From Deltaproteobacteria bacterium (GTDB lineage: Bacteria; Myxococcota_A; UBA9042; CAIXZC01): DNA of 64,000 bases. The notes below the pieces were generated by a model. The model made no database searches, was not told the DNA's origin, and saw nothing but the letters and a program-made list of their open reading frames with translations. Positions within the stretch are counted from its first letter, which is position 1, and each line of letters starts with the position of its first letter. Shown here in pieces: positions 18,271-27,780 of the stretch. The stretch is taken from positions 11,312 to 75,311 of the forward strand of contig VGRX01000001.1 in the NCBI GenBank assembly GCA_016875215.1. The letters run 5' to 3'. The translations under genes were made by a program, and so were the position numbers.

Positions 18271-18420
18271 TCGACATGTCGGGGTTCCATCCATGAGCCG
18301 GCGGTGCGGGCAACCCGACGGCCGATGCGGCAGGACAGACCGTGGGTGCGGGCAACCCAACGGCTGATGCACCGAGACGGGCCGGCGGTGCGGGCAACCC
18401 GACGGCCGGCGAGGGTGCGG
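18271..18420 (+). repeat. 150-bp element, copy 2 (42-bp-period family, locus C)
   Basis: Same leader and trailer as 12440-12589; cores at 18303, 18345, 18387. Confidence 0.92.
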
Positions 18421-18600
18421 TTCCTGCGGCGGTACCAGTGTGTTGCTGGTTTCGTGCCTGGATGGCGGCCCGGGTGCAGCCTCTCCTCCGTGGAGGAGTA
18501 CCCCGGCGCCACGGGGCGCCGGGGGGAGGTGGCATTTCCGGGCTTCCCCTGGATCGTGGGTCTGCCTGCGCGTAACGGACCCACGGCACATGCAGCGCAG

Positions 18601-18626
18601 CGCGGCCCGTCGCTTACGCTCCGGGT
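18601..18626 (+). repeat. 26-bp REP-like motif; inverted copy at 47632-47657
   Basis: CGCGGCCCGTCGCTTACGCTCCGGGT vs reverse complement of ACCCGGAGCGTCAGCGACGGGCCGCG (25/26). Confidence 0.75.
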
Positions 18627-18855
18627 GGTGCTGGGGGCAGAGCCGACGGCACATCTGCAACCCGCACTCACGGCACATCCGCACCCGCTCCCATGGCCTT
18701 TCCCCGGACCCCGCCTCTCGGGCACATCCATCTGCACTTTCGCGTAAGGATCGACCCCAGGAGCCACCCACCCCCGTTGCCACCTGCCCCATGCCCGTGT
18801 AGTATCGGTCACCGGGACGATGCAGATGGGGCGATGTGACCATGTCTCGACCGAT

Positions 18856-19058
18856 GCCGGCCTTGGGTGCGCTGGTGCTGGCTGCCTCCTGCAACGGGGG
18901 GGAGGCGGGAAGGGGGCCGACGGTTCGGACGCGCGCGTCGACCCGGACAATTCGCAGGGTGTGGTCCGGGTACCGGGAGACGGCCGAGGCACTGATGCAG
19001 CCGGCGATGCAGCTGCGAAGGGCTCAACAGCGAAGGCGTCATCGGCTGGATCGAGTAG
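18856..19058 (+). repeat. ~200-bp diverged duplicate (copy 2), frameshifted relative to copy 1
   Basis: Aligns with 14581-14778; small indel in the G-run after the Cys codon. Confidence 0.85.
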
Positions 19059-19079
19059 CCGGCAGACACGGAGGAGAAG

Positions 19080-19496
19080 ATGAAATCGTATCGCAAGGAG
19101 CTGGTCATGAACATCCCCGGACGGCGAGGGTTCGTCAACATCTCCAACGACGTGAAGGAGGCGCTCAACGAGAGCGGAATCCAGGAGGGGCTCTGCCTGG
19201 TCAACTCCATGCACATCACGGCCAGCGTGTTCATCAACGACGACGAGTCCGGGCTTCACCGGGACTTCGAGAAATGGCTCGAGCAGCTCGCACCGTTCAG
19301 CCCCCAGGGGTACCGCCACAACCTCACCGGCGAGGACAATGCGGACGCGCACCTCAAGCGCCAGGTCATGGGCCGGGAGGTCGTGGTCGCGGTCACCAAC
19401 GGCCACCTCGACTTCGGCCCCTGGGAGCAGATCTTCTATGGCGAATTCGACGGCGGCCGGCGCAAGCGGGTGCTGGTCAAGATCATCGGGGATTGA
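19080..19496 (+). CDS. yjbQ: YjbQ/UPF0047 family protein
   Basis: [46 protein letters not shown]. Confidence 0.95.
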   Translation: MKSYRKELVMNIPGRRGFVNISNDVKEALNESGIQEGLCLVNSMHITASVFINDDESGLHRDFEKWLEQLAPFSPQGYRHNLTGEDNADAHLKRQVMGREVVVAVTNGHLDFGPWEQIFYGEFDGGRRKRVLVKIIGD

Positions 19497-19575
19497 CCCT
19501 GTGGGCGGATGCGCTCCGGACTCGCGGTTGCCGGAGGTGGCCCGAGATGGTGGCTCAGGGCCGGGGAGACACCGG

Positions 19576-19603
19576 TTGACACGCCGGAACGAGGGAATAT
19601 AAT
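19576..19603 (+). promoter_or_regulatory. Consensus sigma-70 promoter
   Basis: TTGACA-16 bp-TATAAT upstream of 19677. Confidence 0.75.
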
Positions 19604-19676
19604 CCGCCAACGTTCGGTTCTCAACCGGAGCTCTTGGACACGCGAATTGGCAATGGCATATTTAGGGAGGAGATCG

Positions 19677-21071
19677 ATGAGAAACCTCGGATTGCTCGCA
19701 GCGGTACTGGCGGCCCTGGCCCTGGTCCTTTCCGGCTGCAAGGGAGAGGAGAAGAAGAAGGAAGCCCCCAAGCAGAAGAAGGAAGAGCCGGCTCCCAAGG
19801 CCGTTGAGGAGACGCCGCCGCCGGCCGAGGCGGACAAGGAAGAGGCTGCTGAGCCGGCAGAGCCGGCCAAGGAAGCCGAGGCCCCCAAGGGCGAGGAACC
19901 CCCGCCCGTTGCCGCGGAGGAGAAGCCCGCTGCAGAAGAGGATCCCGAGCTCACGCAGACGATCGTCGCCCGGGTCAACGGCAAGGACATCGATGCCGCT
20001 GACTACGTCGAGCGCCTCAAGAAGCTGACCAAGGGCAAGGTCACCCAGTCCATGATCAAGAAGACCGTCGTGGACCGCATGATCAACGACGAGCTGCTCC
20101 GCCAGGAGATCGAGCGCCTGGGGATCACCGTGTCCGACGAAGAGACCGCGGAAGCCATGAACATGGATATGGAGCGCTTCAACAAGCAGAAGGATGCCAT
20201 GGGTGCGCGGATCAATGCGTTCGAGGAGCGCGTCGCTGTGCGCAAGGTGCTCGAGGCCCGCTCTCTTCTGGTCACCCCGACCGACGACGAGCTGAAGAAG
20301 GAGTACGAGCGCCGCTTCGGCCTCAAGATCGATGCCGTGACCTTCCCGCTGGCGGCGGAAGCGACAGCGGATGACGTTGCCAAGGCCGATGCCGAGGCCA
20401 ACGCGGTCCTCGCTGCGGCGAAGTCGGGGCTGACCCTGCGCGAGGCGGTCAAGGACCCCAAGGACGCCACCGGCCGCCGCCTGCTGGTGAAGCCGATGTT
20501 CATCAAGAAGGGGGACGAGCGCCACATCGACATGTACACCGCGGCCGAGAGCCTCCAGGAGAAGGACTTCGCCGGCCCGATCAAGTCCGCGCAGGGGCTG
20601 GTGGTATTCCAGCTTGCCAAGCGGATCGAGCCCCGGCAGTCGTTCGACGAGATGAAGGACAAGCTGGCCAAGTCCGCGCTGAACATGAAGACCGCTCAGG
20701 CCAAGCACCAGCTCCTCGAGGAGCTGCGCAAGAATGCGAAGCTCGAGTACCTGATCGAGTTCAAGCCGACGCCCCAGATCCCGGCACTTCGAGATCTTCG
20801 CGGCGGGGCCCGGCTCGCTCCTGGCATCAACGCCGGCACTCGTGACATACTCCGCGGAGGGGTCGAGATGCGCGGTGCTGCCGCTCCGGTCCCGGCCGAG
20901 GGTGCTGCCGCTCCGGTCCCGGCCGAGGGTGCTGCCGCTCCGGTCCCGGCCAAGGGTGCTGCCGCTCCGGTCCCGGCCGAGGGTGCTGCCGCTCCGGTCC
21001 CCGCCGAGGGGGCTGCCGCCCCGGTCCCGGCCGAGGGTGCTGCCGCTCCGGCTGCTCAGCCGATCCAGTAG
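19677..21071 (+). CDS. SurA/PrsA-like foldase lipoprotein (degenerate parvulin domain) with C-terminal (GAAAPVPAE) repeats
   Basis: Lipobox LSGC; IVARVNGKDI, VDRMINDELLRQEIERLGITVSDEE, GPIKSAQGLVVF, LLEELRKNAKLE. Confidence 0.8.
   Translation: MRNLGLLAAVLAALALVLSGCKGEEKKKEAPKQKKEEPAPKAVEETPPPAEADKEEAAEPAEPAKEAEAPKGEEPPPVAAEEKPAAEEDPELTQTIVARVNGKDIDAADYVERLKKLTKGKVTQSMIKKTVVDRMINDELLRQEIERLGITVSDEETAEAMNMDMERFNKQKDAMGARINAFEERVAVRKVLEARSLLVTPTDDELKKEYERRFGLKIDAVTFPLAAEATADDVAKADAEANAVLAAAKSGLTLREAVKDPKDATGRRLLVKPMFIKKGDERHIDMYTAAESLQEKDFAGPIKSAQGLVVFQLAKRIEPRQSFDEMKDKLAKSALNMKTAQAKHQLLEELRKNAKLEYLIEFKPTPQIPALRDLRGGARLAPGINAGTRDILRGGVEMRGAAAPVPAEGAAAPVPAEGAAAPVPAKGAAAPVPAEGAAAPVPAEGAAAPVPAEGAAAPAAQPIQ
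20874..21050 (+). repeat. About 6.5 in-frame 27-bp tandem repeats (coding VNTR)
   Basis: GGTGCTGCCGCTCCGGTCCCGGCCGAG repeated. Confidence 0.95.
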
Positions 21072-21095
21072 CTTCCGACCGCCACATACACACCA

Positions 21096-21953
21096 TCAGC
21101 CTGTTGGTCGCTCATCCCGGGATCCGCACTGCAGCAGCTCGGGCCGGTACTCGAAGTGCATCGTGTCGAAGTGGTACCAGCGGCCGCCCCAGATGAAGCC
21201 GTGGCGTTCGAAGGCTTCGACCAGGTCTGCAGGGACCCGGTTCTTCCACGCACGCCTGCCGGTGGCGTCGGGCTTGTTCCATCGCCAGAAGTCGGCCTTG
21301 TCCAGTGCCACGTCGATCGCGATGCCGAAGCTGTGTGCGCTCAGCCGGTCGGTCCCGCGGACCTTGCGCCATGTGTAGGGTCCGGAGAGGTCACACGCGA
21401 GCTTCCGGGTCTCTTCGGGCAGCTTTTCGATGTCCCGGGCGACGGCCTCCAGCTTCAGGTTGACGCGGTTGACCGTGGTTGCCCTGAGGCGGGTCCGCTT
21501 GCAGCCGGCCACCCACTGCACCGGCCCCAGTCGGGCCTCGGCCTCGTGCGCGGTCGAACCGTACATCTTCAGGAAGAACGGCTCGTGGCGGATGCGCCCC
21601 GGGTCGTCGTTCTCCGCCGGGGGCTCCGGCTTGCGGCCCGCAGGATAGGGCTGGGACATCATGTCCTCGAGATCCGCGCCGGCCAGCTTCTCTTCGTGGG
21701 ACTTCTTCTTCCCGTCATCCCAGGGCATCCGGGTTCCGTCCTTCCAGACGATGTGCCAACCGGAGTCGGTGCCGGGTTGCGTCGAGTGCAGAGCACCCTC
21801 CGCACATGGACCTTCGCACCGGGCTCCGGTGCCGAACGGCTCCGCCCCGCTGAGGAAGTCCGGATAGGCCTCGACCAGGCACTTCAGACCGGATGGCCGA
21901 TCCGGCGGATTCGGCGGAGCGAGTGAGAGCAGCAGCGCTGCGAGAAACGGCAT
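21096..21953 (-). CDS. M15-family D-alanyl-D-alanine carboxypeptidase-like peptidase
   Basis: Signal peptide; DPGRIR, SAHSFGIAID, GFIWGGRWYHFDTMHFEYRPE. Confidence 0.9.
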   Translation of the reverse strand: MPFLAALLLSLAPPNPPDRPSGLKCLVEAYPDFLSGAEPFGTGARCEGPCAEGALHSTQPGTDSGWHIVWKDGTRMPWDDGKKKSHEEKLAGADLEDMMSQPYPAGRKPEPPAENDDPGRIRHEPFFLKMYGSTAHEAEARLGPVQWVAGCKRTRLRATTVNRVNLKLEAVARDIEKLPEETRKLACDLSGPYTWRKVRGTDRLSAHSFGIAIDVALDKADFWRWNKPDATGRRAWKNRVPADLVEAFERHGFIWGGRWYHFDTMHFEYRPELLQCGSRDERPTG

Positions 21954-21993
21954 GGTGTTCCGTTCTCCCGTTCCGGTTGCCTCTGCCTGAGGT

Positions 21994-24900
21994 CTATGGC
22001 GCCACGTACAGCCACAGATACCGGTTACCCCCGATGTTCTGGGCAAAGCAGTTGGAAGCTTCCCAGCCGCAACTGTTGTTGACGGTAACGTTGGTGCTGC
22101 TTTCGCCGCACCCCCACGGGCCACCCCACCAGCTCGAGGAGGTGTGGGGGTGATTTCCGTCCGCGTAGATTTCGTTGATCCAGCCGGAGAAGTTCGAGTT
22201 GTAGATGAGCCCGTTGACCTGGTAGGCCCCGAGCCCGTCCCTGAACACGTTCTTGTTCACGTCGAGATAGCGGTAGCTGTTCGTATTCGCTCCGCAGACG
22301 ATCCGGATCTTGTTGTAGGCCGCTCCCGTGCAGTCATTGCCCCAGGCCTTTGGGATGTCGTCGCCGCCTGGCTTGTCCAGGTAGCCCTCGCACTGAATCC
22401 AGGCCCCTCCGAAGACCGGCCCGAGCTCACCGGAGAAGCCGGGCACGGTCGGCGTCGTGAGGGTGCAGTTCGGCTCGCAGCCGTCTCCGGCCACGGCGTT
22501 TCCATCGTCGCAAGCTTCGCCGGCCTCGACCTTGCCGTTCCCACAGCACGGGGTGAAGGGGGTGTACTTGCACCCAGTGGCCGGGTCGCAGCTGTCGGTC
22601 GTGCACTTGTCGCCATCGATGCAGGTCACGGCCGGTCCCGGTTTGCACGCGCCCCCGCCGCAGACGTCACCCGCGGTGCATGCGCTGCCGTCGTTGCAGG
22701 CCGCTGTATTGGGGGCGTACGCGCAGCCGGTCTTCGGGTCGCATGAATCGTCGGTGCAGCCGTTCCCGTCGTTGCAGGCGAGGTTGCCGGACCCGGTGCA
22801 TTTGCCATCTCCGCACGCGTCCGTCACGGTGCATGCGTTGCCGTCATTGCAGGGGACCGTGTTGTTGGCGTGCTTGCACCCGGTCTTGGGCTCGCAGGTA
22901 TCCGTGGTGCACACGTTTGAGTCATCACAGCTCACCCAGGCCGTCCCGACGCAGGTTCCGTCCTGGCAGGTATCACCCGTTGTGCACGCGTTCTTGTCAT
23001 CGCAACCACCTGCGACCGGCGTGTGGGTGCACCCTGCCTTGGGATCGCAGGCATCGGTGGTGCAGGAGTTGGCATCGTCGCAGCTCAGCCACTGGGCGGG
23101 CTTGCAGCCGCCGGCCGTGCACTTGTCACCGACGGTGCAGATGTCACCGTCGTCGCAGGGGGCCGAATTGAGCGTGTGAATGCACCCCTTTGCCGGATCG
23201 CACGAGTCGTCCGTGCACGGGGTGTCATCACCGCACGGCAGGGTTCCGGTCCCAACGCACTTGCCCGCACTGCATGTGTCCGTGGGAGTACACTTGTTGC
23301 CGTCGTCGCACGCAGCGGTATTGGGCGTGTGCGTGCACCCTCCCTTGGGATCGCAGGCATCCGTGGTGCACGGGTTCCCGTCGTCACAGCCGAGGGCCGG
23401 TCCTCCCTTGCACTGTCCGGCCACACAGGCATCGGGCCCTGTGCACGGGTTCCCGTCGTTGCACGGGGCCGTGTTCTCCAGGTGGATGCACCCCTTGGCG
23501 GGGTCGCACGAGTCGTCGGTGCAGACGTTGGAATCGCCGCACTCAAGCGCCACGCTGCCCTTGCACGCCCCGCCCTTGCACAGGTCCGACTTGGTGCACA
23601 CGTTCCCGTCGTCGCAGGATGCAGCGTTGTGATTGTGCACGCACCCAAGATCGGGATCGCACGAGTCGTCGGTGCACACGTTCCCGTCATCGCAAGGCAG
23701 CAGGGACGAGCCCTGGCACAGCCCGCTCTTGCACGCGTCCCCGGTCGAGCACTTGTTCCCGTCGTTGCACGGGACCTGATTGAACACGAACTTGCAGCCG
23801 AGCACGGGCTCACACGAGTCGTCGGTGCACACATTCCCGTCGTTGCACGACTGCACCCCTGTCGCCACGCAGGCCCCAAGCTTGCACTGGTCGCCGGTCG
23901 TACACTCGTTCGAGTCGCTGCACGGAAGCTGGTTGGGCTGGTGCACGCACCCTTTGAGCGGCTCGCACGAATCGTCGGTGCACGGATTGCCGTCATTGCA
24001 ATCCTGCGCTTTTCCCGACGCGCAGCTTCCCCCTCCGCACTGGTCCCCCACGGTACACGGGTTGCCATCCTCGCACGCTGCCGTGTTGGGAGCGAACTTG
24101 CACCCGGTCGCTGCATCGCAGGAGTCGTCCGTGCAGGGATTCCCGTCGTTGCAGTTGACCGGCTTGCCTCCGGCGCAGGTCCCGTCGGCGCACGTCTCCG
24201 AATGGGTGCAGGCGCTGCCGTCGCTGCAGGCCTTCCCCTCGGCAGCCGGGACGAACGAGCATTCCCCGGTCAGCGGATTGCACGAAGGAGCCAGGCACTC
24301 CGCCCCCACTCCCTTGGGCGCGGCGCACTCCACGACCGTCTTGAGGTCCACGATGCACTTGTGAGGGAGCTGCTTCGTGTCGCACACGAGCTTGCCGTTG
24401 CAGACGTCACCGTCCTCCAGCACCAGACAGTCGGCAGTGGTCTTGCAGTCGCAGGCGACAGGGTAGCCCCCACACTTGCCCTGGCTGCACACGTCGCTGA
24501 CCGTGCATGGGTCGCCGTCATCGCAATCCGCCTTGTTGAACGAGTACTTGCACCCGCCCGTCGGATCGCACTCGTCCGTGGTGCAGACGTTGCTGTCGTT
24601 GCAGTTGATGCCTGTCCCGAGGCATTCGCCCGACTCACAGTGGTCGGCCAGCGTGCAAACGTCGCCGTCGTCGCATGACGTCCCCGAAAGCGGCTCGTGC
24701 ACGCATCCCGCTTCAGGATCGCATTCGTCCTTCGTGCATCCATTCCCATCATCGCACGAGACGTCGTCCACCTTGTCGTTGCAGTCGTCGTCGACGCCGT
24801 TGCACTCCTCCGCCTGCGGTTCCGGAGCATCGCACGCGGACAAGCCGTCCGGACCGCACGTCCGCTCCCCCTGGCACTGCCCGAGGTCGTTCGCCGCCAG

Positions 24901-25542
24901 GCACAGCGTGGAAAGACCCAGTGCGATCGACTTCGTCGAGCACGAGCAGACCCCGCTGTCGGACACGCACTGCTTCAGCACCGTGCCTTCCGCAGTCACG
25001 GCATCCTTGCACGAGAAACCGAAGGGGCATGCGCCGTTGCACGGCGCCCCGCAGAACAGCCCTGCCGCACCATAGTCCACGCATACGTCCTCCAGGCCGT
25101 TGGGGGACTTGCAGTCCGCACTCGTCTTGCACGGCCGGCACAGGTGGGTGTACGGCGACACGCATGCGAACTGCAGATCCGGTCCGCCCGTCGAGATCTG
25201 CTGGCAGGTCCACCCTTGCGGACACTCCTCGACGCAGGTATCGGAGCACACGTTGTCCCCCATGTGCTCCACGCAGATGCCGGACAGGCAGTCCTTGCCG
25301 TCCGCGCACGGTTCCAGGAAGCACCCCGTTCCGGGCACGCATCCGGAACCCGTGTCGAGCCATTCCTCGACCGTCACGTCCGGGGGCTCGACCGAGGTCT
25401 CCGCCTGGTCGACGCCCACCGTCTCCACCACGGACTCAGCCTGCGCCTGGTCACTCGTGTCCTCCCCGCCGGTCACTACGGTGCCGCCGCCGGCACAGGA
25501 CGCCACAACTCCGCTCACCGCCAGAATCCACAGTCGCCTCAT
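21994..25542 (-). CDS. Large Cys-rich surface lipoprotein A (1182 aa): conserved base, ~13 paired CDDGNxCT repeats, Myxococcus-type Cys repeat, unique ~155-aa head
   Basis: Lipobox VASC; repeats CxDGNxCTxDxCdPxxGC / CxDGNxCTxxDxCxxGxC; CGNGKVEAGEACDDGNAVAGDGCEPNC. Confidence 0.9.
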   Translation of the reverse strand: MRRLWILAVSGVVASCAGGGTVVTGGEDTSDQAQAESVVETVGVDQAETSVEPPDVTVEEWLDTGSGCVPGTGCFLEPCADGKDCLSGICVEHMGDNVCSDTCVEECPQGWTCQQISTGGPDLQFACVSPYTHLCRPCKTSADCKSPNGLEDVCVDYGAAGLFCGAPCNGACPFGFSCKDAVTAEGTVLKQCVSDSGVCSCSTKSIALGLSTLCLAANDLGQCQGERTCGPDGLSACDAPEPQAEECNGVDDDCNDKVDDVSCDDGNGCTKDECDPEAGCVHEPLSGTSCDDGDVCTLADHCESGECLGTGINCNDSNVCTTDECDPTGGCKYSFNKADCDDGDPCTVSDVCSQGKCGGYPVACDCKTTADCLVLEDGDVCNGKLVCDTKQLPHKCIVDLKTVVECAAPKGVGAECLAPSCNPLTGECSFVPAAEGKACSDGSACTHSETCADGTCAGGKPVNCNDGNPCTDDSCDAATGCKFAPNTAACEDGNPCTVGDQCGGGSCASGKAQDCNDGNPCTDDSCEPLKGCVHQPNQLPCSDSNECTTGDQCKLGACVATGVQSCNDGNVCTDDSCEPVLGCKFVFNQVPCNDGNKCSTGDACKSGLCQGSSLLPCDDGNVCTDDSCDPDLGCVHNHNAASCDDGNVCTKSDLCKGGACKGSVALECGDSNVCTDDSCDPAKGCIHLENTAPCNDGNPCTGPDACVAGQCKGGPALGCDDGNPCTTDACDPKGGCTHTPNTAACDDGNKCTPTDTCSAGKCVGTGTLPCGDDTPCTDDSCDPAKGCIHTLNSAPCDDGDICTVGDKCTAGGCKPAQWLSCDDANSCTTDACDPKAGCTHTPVAGGCDDKNACTTGDTCQDGTCVGTAWVSCDDSNVCTTDTCEPKTGCKHANNTVPCNDGNACTVTDACGDGKCTGSGNLACNDGNGCTDDSCDPKTGCAYAPNTAACNDGSACTAGDVCGGGACKPGPAVTCIDGDKCTTDSCDPATGCKYTPFTPCCGNGKVEAGEACDDGNAVAGDGCEPNCTLTTPTVPGFSGELGPVFGGAWIQCEGYLDKPGGDDIPKAWGNDCTGAAYNKIRIVCGANTNSYRYLDVNKNVFRDGLGAYQVNGLIYNSNFSGWINEIYADGNHPHTSSSWWGGPWGCGESSTNVTVNNSCGWEASNCFAQNIGGNRYLWLYVAP

Positions 25543-25713
25543 AGTCCGAACCTCCGACTTGGAAGATCAGTAACGGGGCCTATGTTACCACGGTCCCGGT
25601 GCGGACGGAAATGGCGGCAGCGCATGAGGCCGTCCCGTGTCCGGCGCGCTTGCAAAACCGACGCCCCGAATGCAGGATCTTCCCTCGGCGTCGTGTGTCG
25701 AGGTGCAGCAGCA

Positions 25714-27573
25714 ATGGCGAGTCCGGACCCGAAGAAACCCACTGTTCAGGCCTTCCGCCCCGAGGTTCTCGCCCCCGGCGGCAGCCTGGACGCGATCGAG
25801 GCTGCAGTCAACGCCGGGGCCGATGCCGTCTACGTCGGCGTGGGCTTGCTCAACGCCAGGACCCGCGCCGCCAACCTCACGGTCGAACAGCTTCCCGGCG
25901 TGGTGGATCTGGCCCATTCCCGAGGTGCCGCAATTCACGTGGCACTCAATGTCCCGGTAACTCCGACGACCCTGCCCGAGGCCGTCCGCGTCCTGGCGGC
26001 CTCCTGGCTGTCCGGCGCGGATGCGGTCATTCTTCGCGACCCGATCCTGATCGGGCTGGCTGCCCGGGAGCTGCCCGGTCTGGCCCTTCATGCGAGCACG
26101 CAGATGGGGATCCTGGGGCCCGCAGCCGCGAAACGGGCACATGGTCTGGGCTGCACCCGGGTGATCCTGCCCCGAGAGCTGTCGGCCGCGGACATCCGCC
26201 GCATCCGCAAGGCCGTGCCCGACCTGGAGCTGGAGGCCTTCTTCTTCGGCGCTCTGTGCTTCGGGGTATCGGGGCGTTGCCTGCTCGGCGAGGCGGTTGC
26301 CGGCCGCTCCGGAAACCACGGGAGCTGCGCTCAACCGTGTCGCCTGGAGTACTTCGCTGCAGACGGTGCTCCGCTCGGCCGGATCTTCAGCATGCGGGAC
26401 CTCGACCTGTTTCCCCGTATCCGGGAGTTGGTCGATGCCGGCGTGTCCAGCCTCAAGATCGAAGGGAGATTGAAGTCCCCGGCATGGGTTGCGTGTGTGA
26501 CCTCTTACGCGCGCACGGCCTCCCGGAACTGGCGGACGGGCGGCCTGGCTCCGGACGAGCTGGCGGCCTTCCACCGGGACGTGGCGGTCCTGTTCTGCCG
26601 GCCCCGCACCTCCGCGTTCTTCGACGGTTCCACCGACGTTGCGCTGCTCACCTGTCCGGCAAGCTCGGGCCAGGCCGGGCTGGCGATCGAACGCTTCGAT
26701 ACCATGCCCCGACCGCGCAGCCCGACCGAGCGGGCCGGCCGCGTTCTCGGTGAATCGGTCGAGCGCACACGGGAGCGCTGGCAGCGAACCGGAGCCTCCG
26801 GGGCTCTTCCGGGGATCGCGCTCCGCTTCGTCACTCCTGTCGACCTGGCGCTGCGTGACGGCCTGCTCGTCACGACCGCGCTGTCGGGTCCGGGGCAATC
26901 CGAGGCGCTTCCGATCGTCGAGTTGGCGGACGAGAATGGACGGCCGGCAGGCCGGATCCCCGCCGGCAGGGTGGCGGTGGTCACCCTGCCGCTCGACAGG
27001 CCGCCTCTGACCGTCGCCATCCACAGCGCCAACTCCGTCGAGGCCCGCTTCCCGAAGGGGAATCTCCGCCTGTCCCAGGCCAGCCGCAACGGTGAGCTGC
27101 CCGCCCCGAGCGTCACCCGCGTCGTGATGGCCCAAGACCGCATCTTCCTGACCGGGGCGATCGGCCGCTTCCGTACCTCGGCTGAGCTGCCCGTTGCCAC
27201 CGAGCCGGCCCGCAACCAGGGGATGACGCCCGGGATGATGCAGCGCTACTTTCCGGAGGCCGAAGCCGACGTGGCTCCCGATCTGTACGCCAATCCCACG
27301 GAGCTCAAGGCCGTGCGGCGCGCCTTTGCCGCGCAGGGCAGGGAATCCTATCGTGCGGAGCTCGAACGGCTGGCCCGTCGTCTCCTCGATGATGTCCTTC
27401 AAAGCGAGCCCGTATTCGCGCAGGACGATGCCTCGCTGCTCGCCCGAGGTCCGGCCTGCGTATCCCGGGTGACCGGCCTGCCCCCGGGCGAGGTCCGCAC
27501 CTCGGGAGGGGACCGGTTCGTGGTCGAGCCGACCCGCAGGGGCACGGTCGTGCGGGCCGTGCGCCGCCCCTGA
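25714..27573 (+). CDS. U32-family protein (Fe-S; RlhA/TrhP/UbiU-like)
   Basis: PEVLAPGG, GADAVYVG, LHASTQ, LPRELS, C-x6-C-x15-C-x3-C, SLKIEGRLK. Confidence 0.9.
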   Translation: MASPDPKKPTVQAFRPEVLAPGGSLDAIEAAVNAGADAVYVGVGLLNARTRAANLTVEQLPGVVDLAHSRGAAIHVALNVPVTPTTLPEAVRVLAASWLSGADAVILRDPILIGLAARELPGLALHASTQMGILGPAAAKRAHGLGCTRVILPRELSAADIRRIRKAVPDLELEAFFFGALCFGVSGRCLLGEAVAGRSGNHGSCAQPCRLEYFAADGAPLGRIFSMRDLDLFPRIRELVDAGVSSLKIEGRLKSPAWVACVTSYARTASRNWRTGGLAPDELAAFHRDVAVLFCRPRTSAFFDGSTDVALLTCPASSGQAGLAIERFDTMPRPRSPTERAGRVLGESVERTRERWQRTGASGALPGIALRFVTPVDLALRDGLLVTTALSGPGQSEALPIVELADENGRPAGRIPAGRVAVVTLPLDRPPLTVAIHSANSVEARFPKGNLRLSQASRNGELPAPSVTRVVMAQDRIFLTGAIGRFRTSAELPVATEPARNQGMTPGMMQRYFPEAEADVAPDLYANPTELKAVRRAFAAQGRESYRAELERLARRLLDDVLQSEPVFAQDDASLLARGPACVSRVTGLPPGEVRTSGGDRFVVEPTRRGTVVRAVRRP

Positions 27574-27780
27574 TCTGCAGAGGATCCGCTGCGGGTCGCG
27601 GTTCCGCAGAACTGACGGTGGATTTGGGGGGCCCCGCGCATTTGACACGCGCCCCGTCCCGTGCTTGACTCAGGGGGAGGGAAGTTCGGTCCGGTCGGGG
27701 GCCCCGCAATGCCCGCCGGAGAAGCCGTGAGCTTCGCTCGACGGGTGGTCGTGGTCAGACTCGTCAGAGGGGGGTGGTTC

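Noticed and set aside
12440..18420. 42-bp-period arrays as CRISPR
   Set aside because: Only 2-3 units per locus, linkers short (~18-20 bp), similar to each other and reused, and no cas genes in the window
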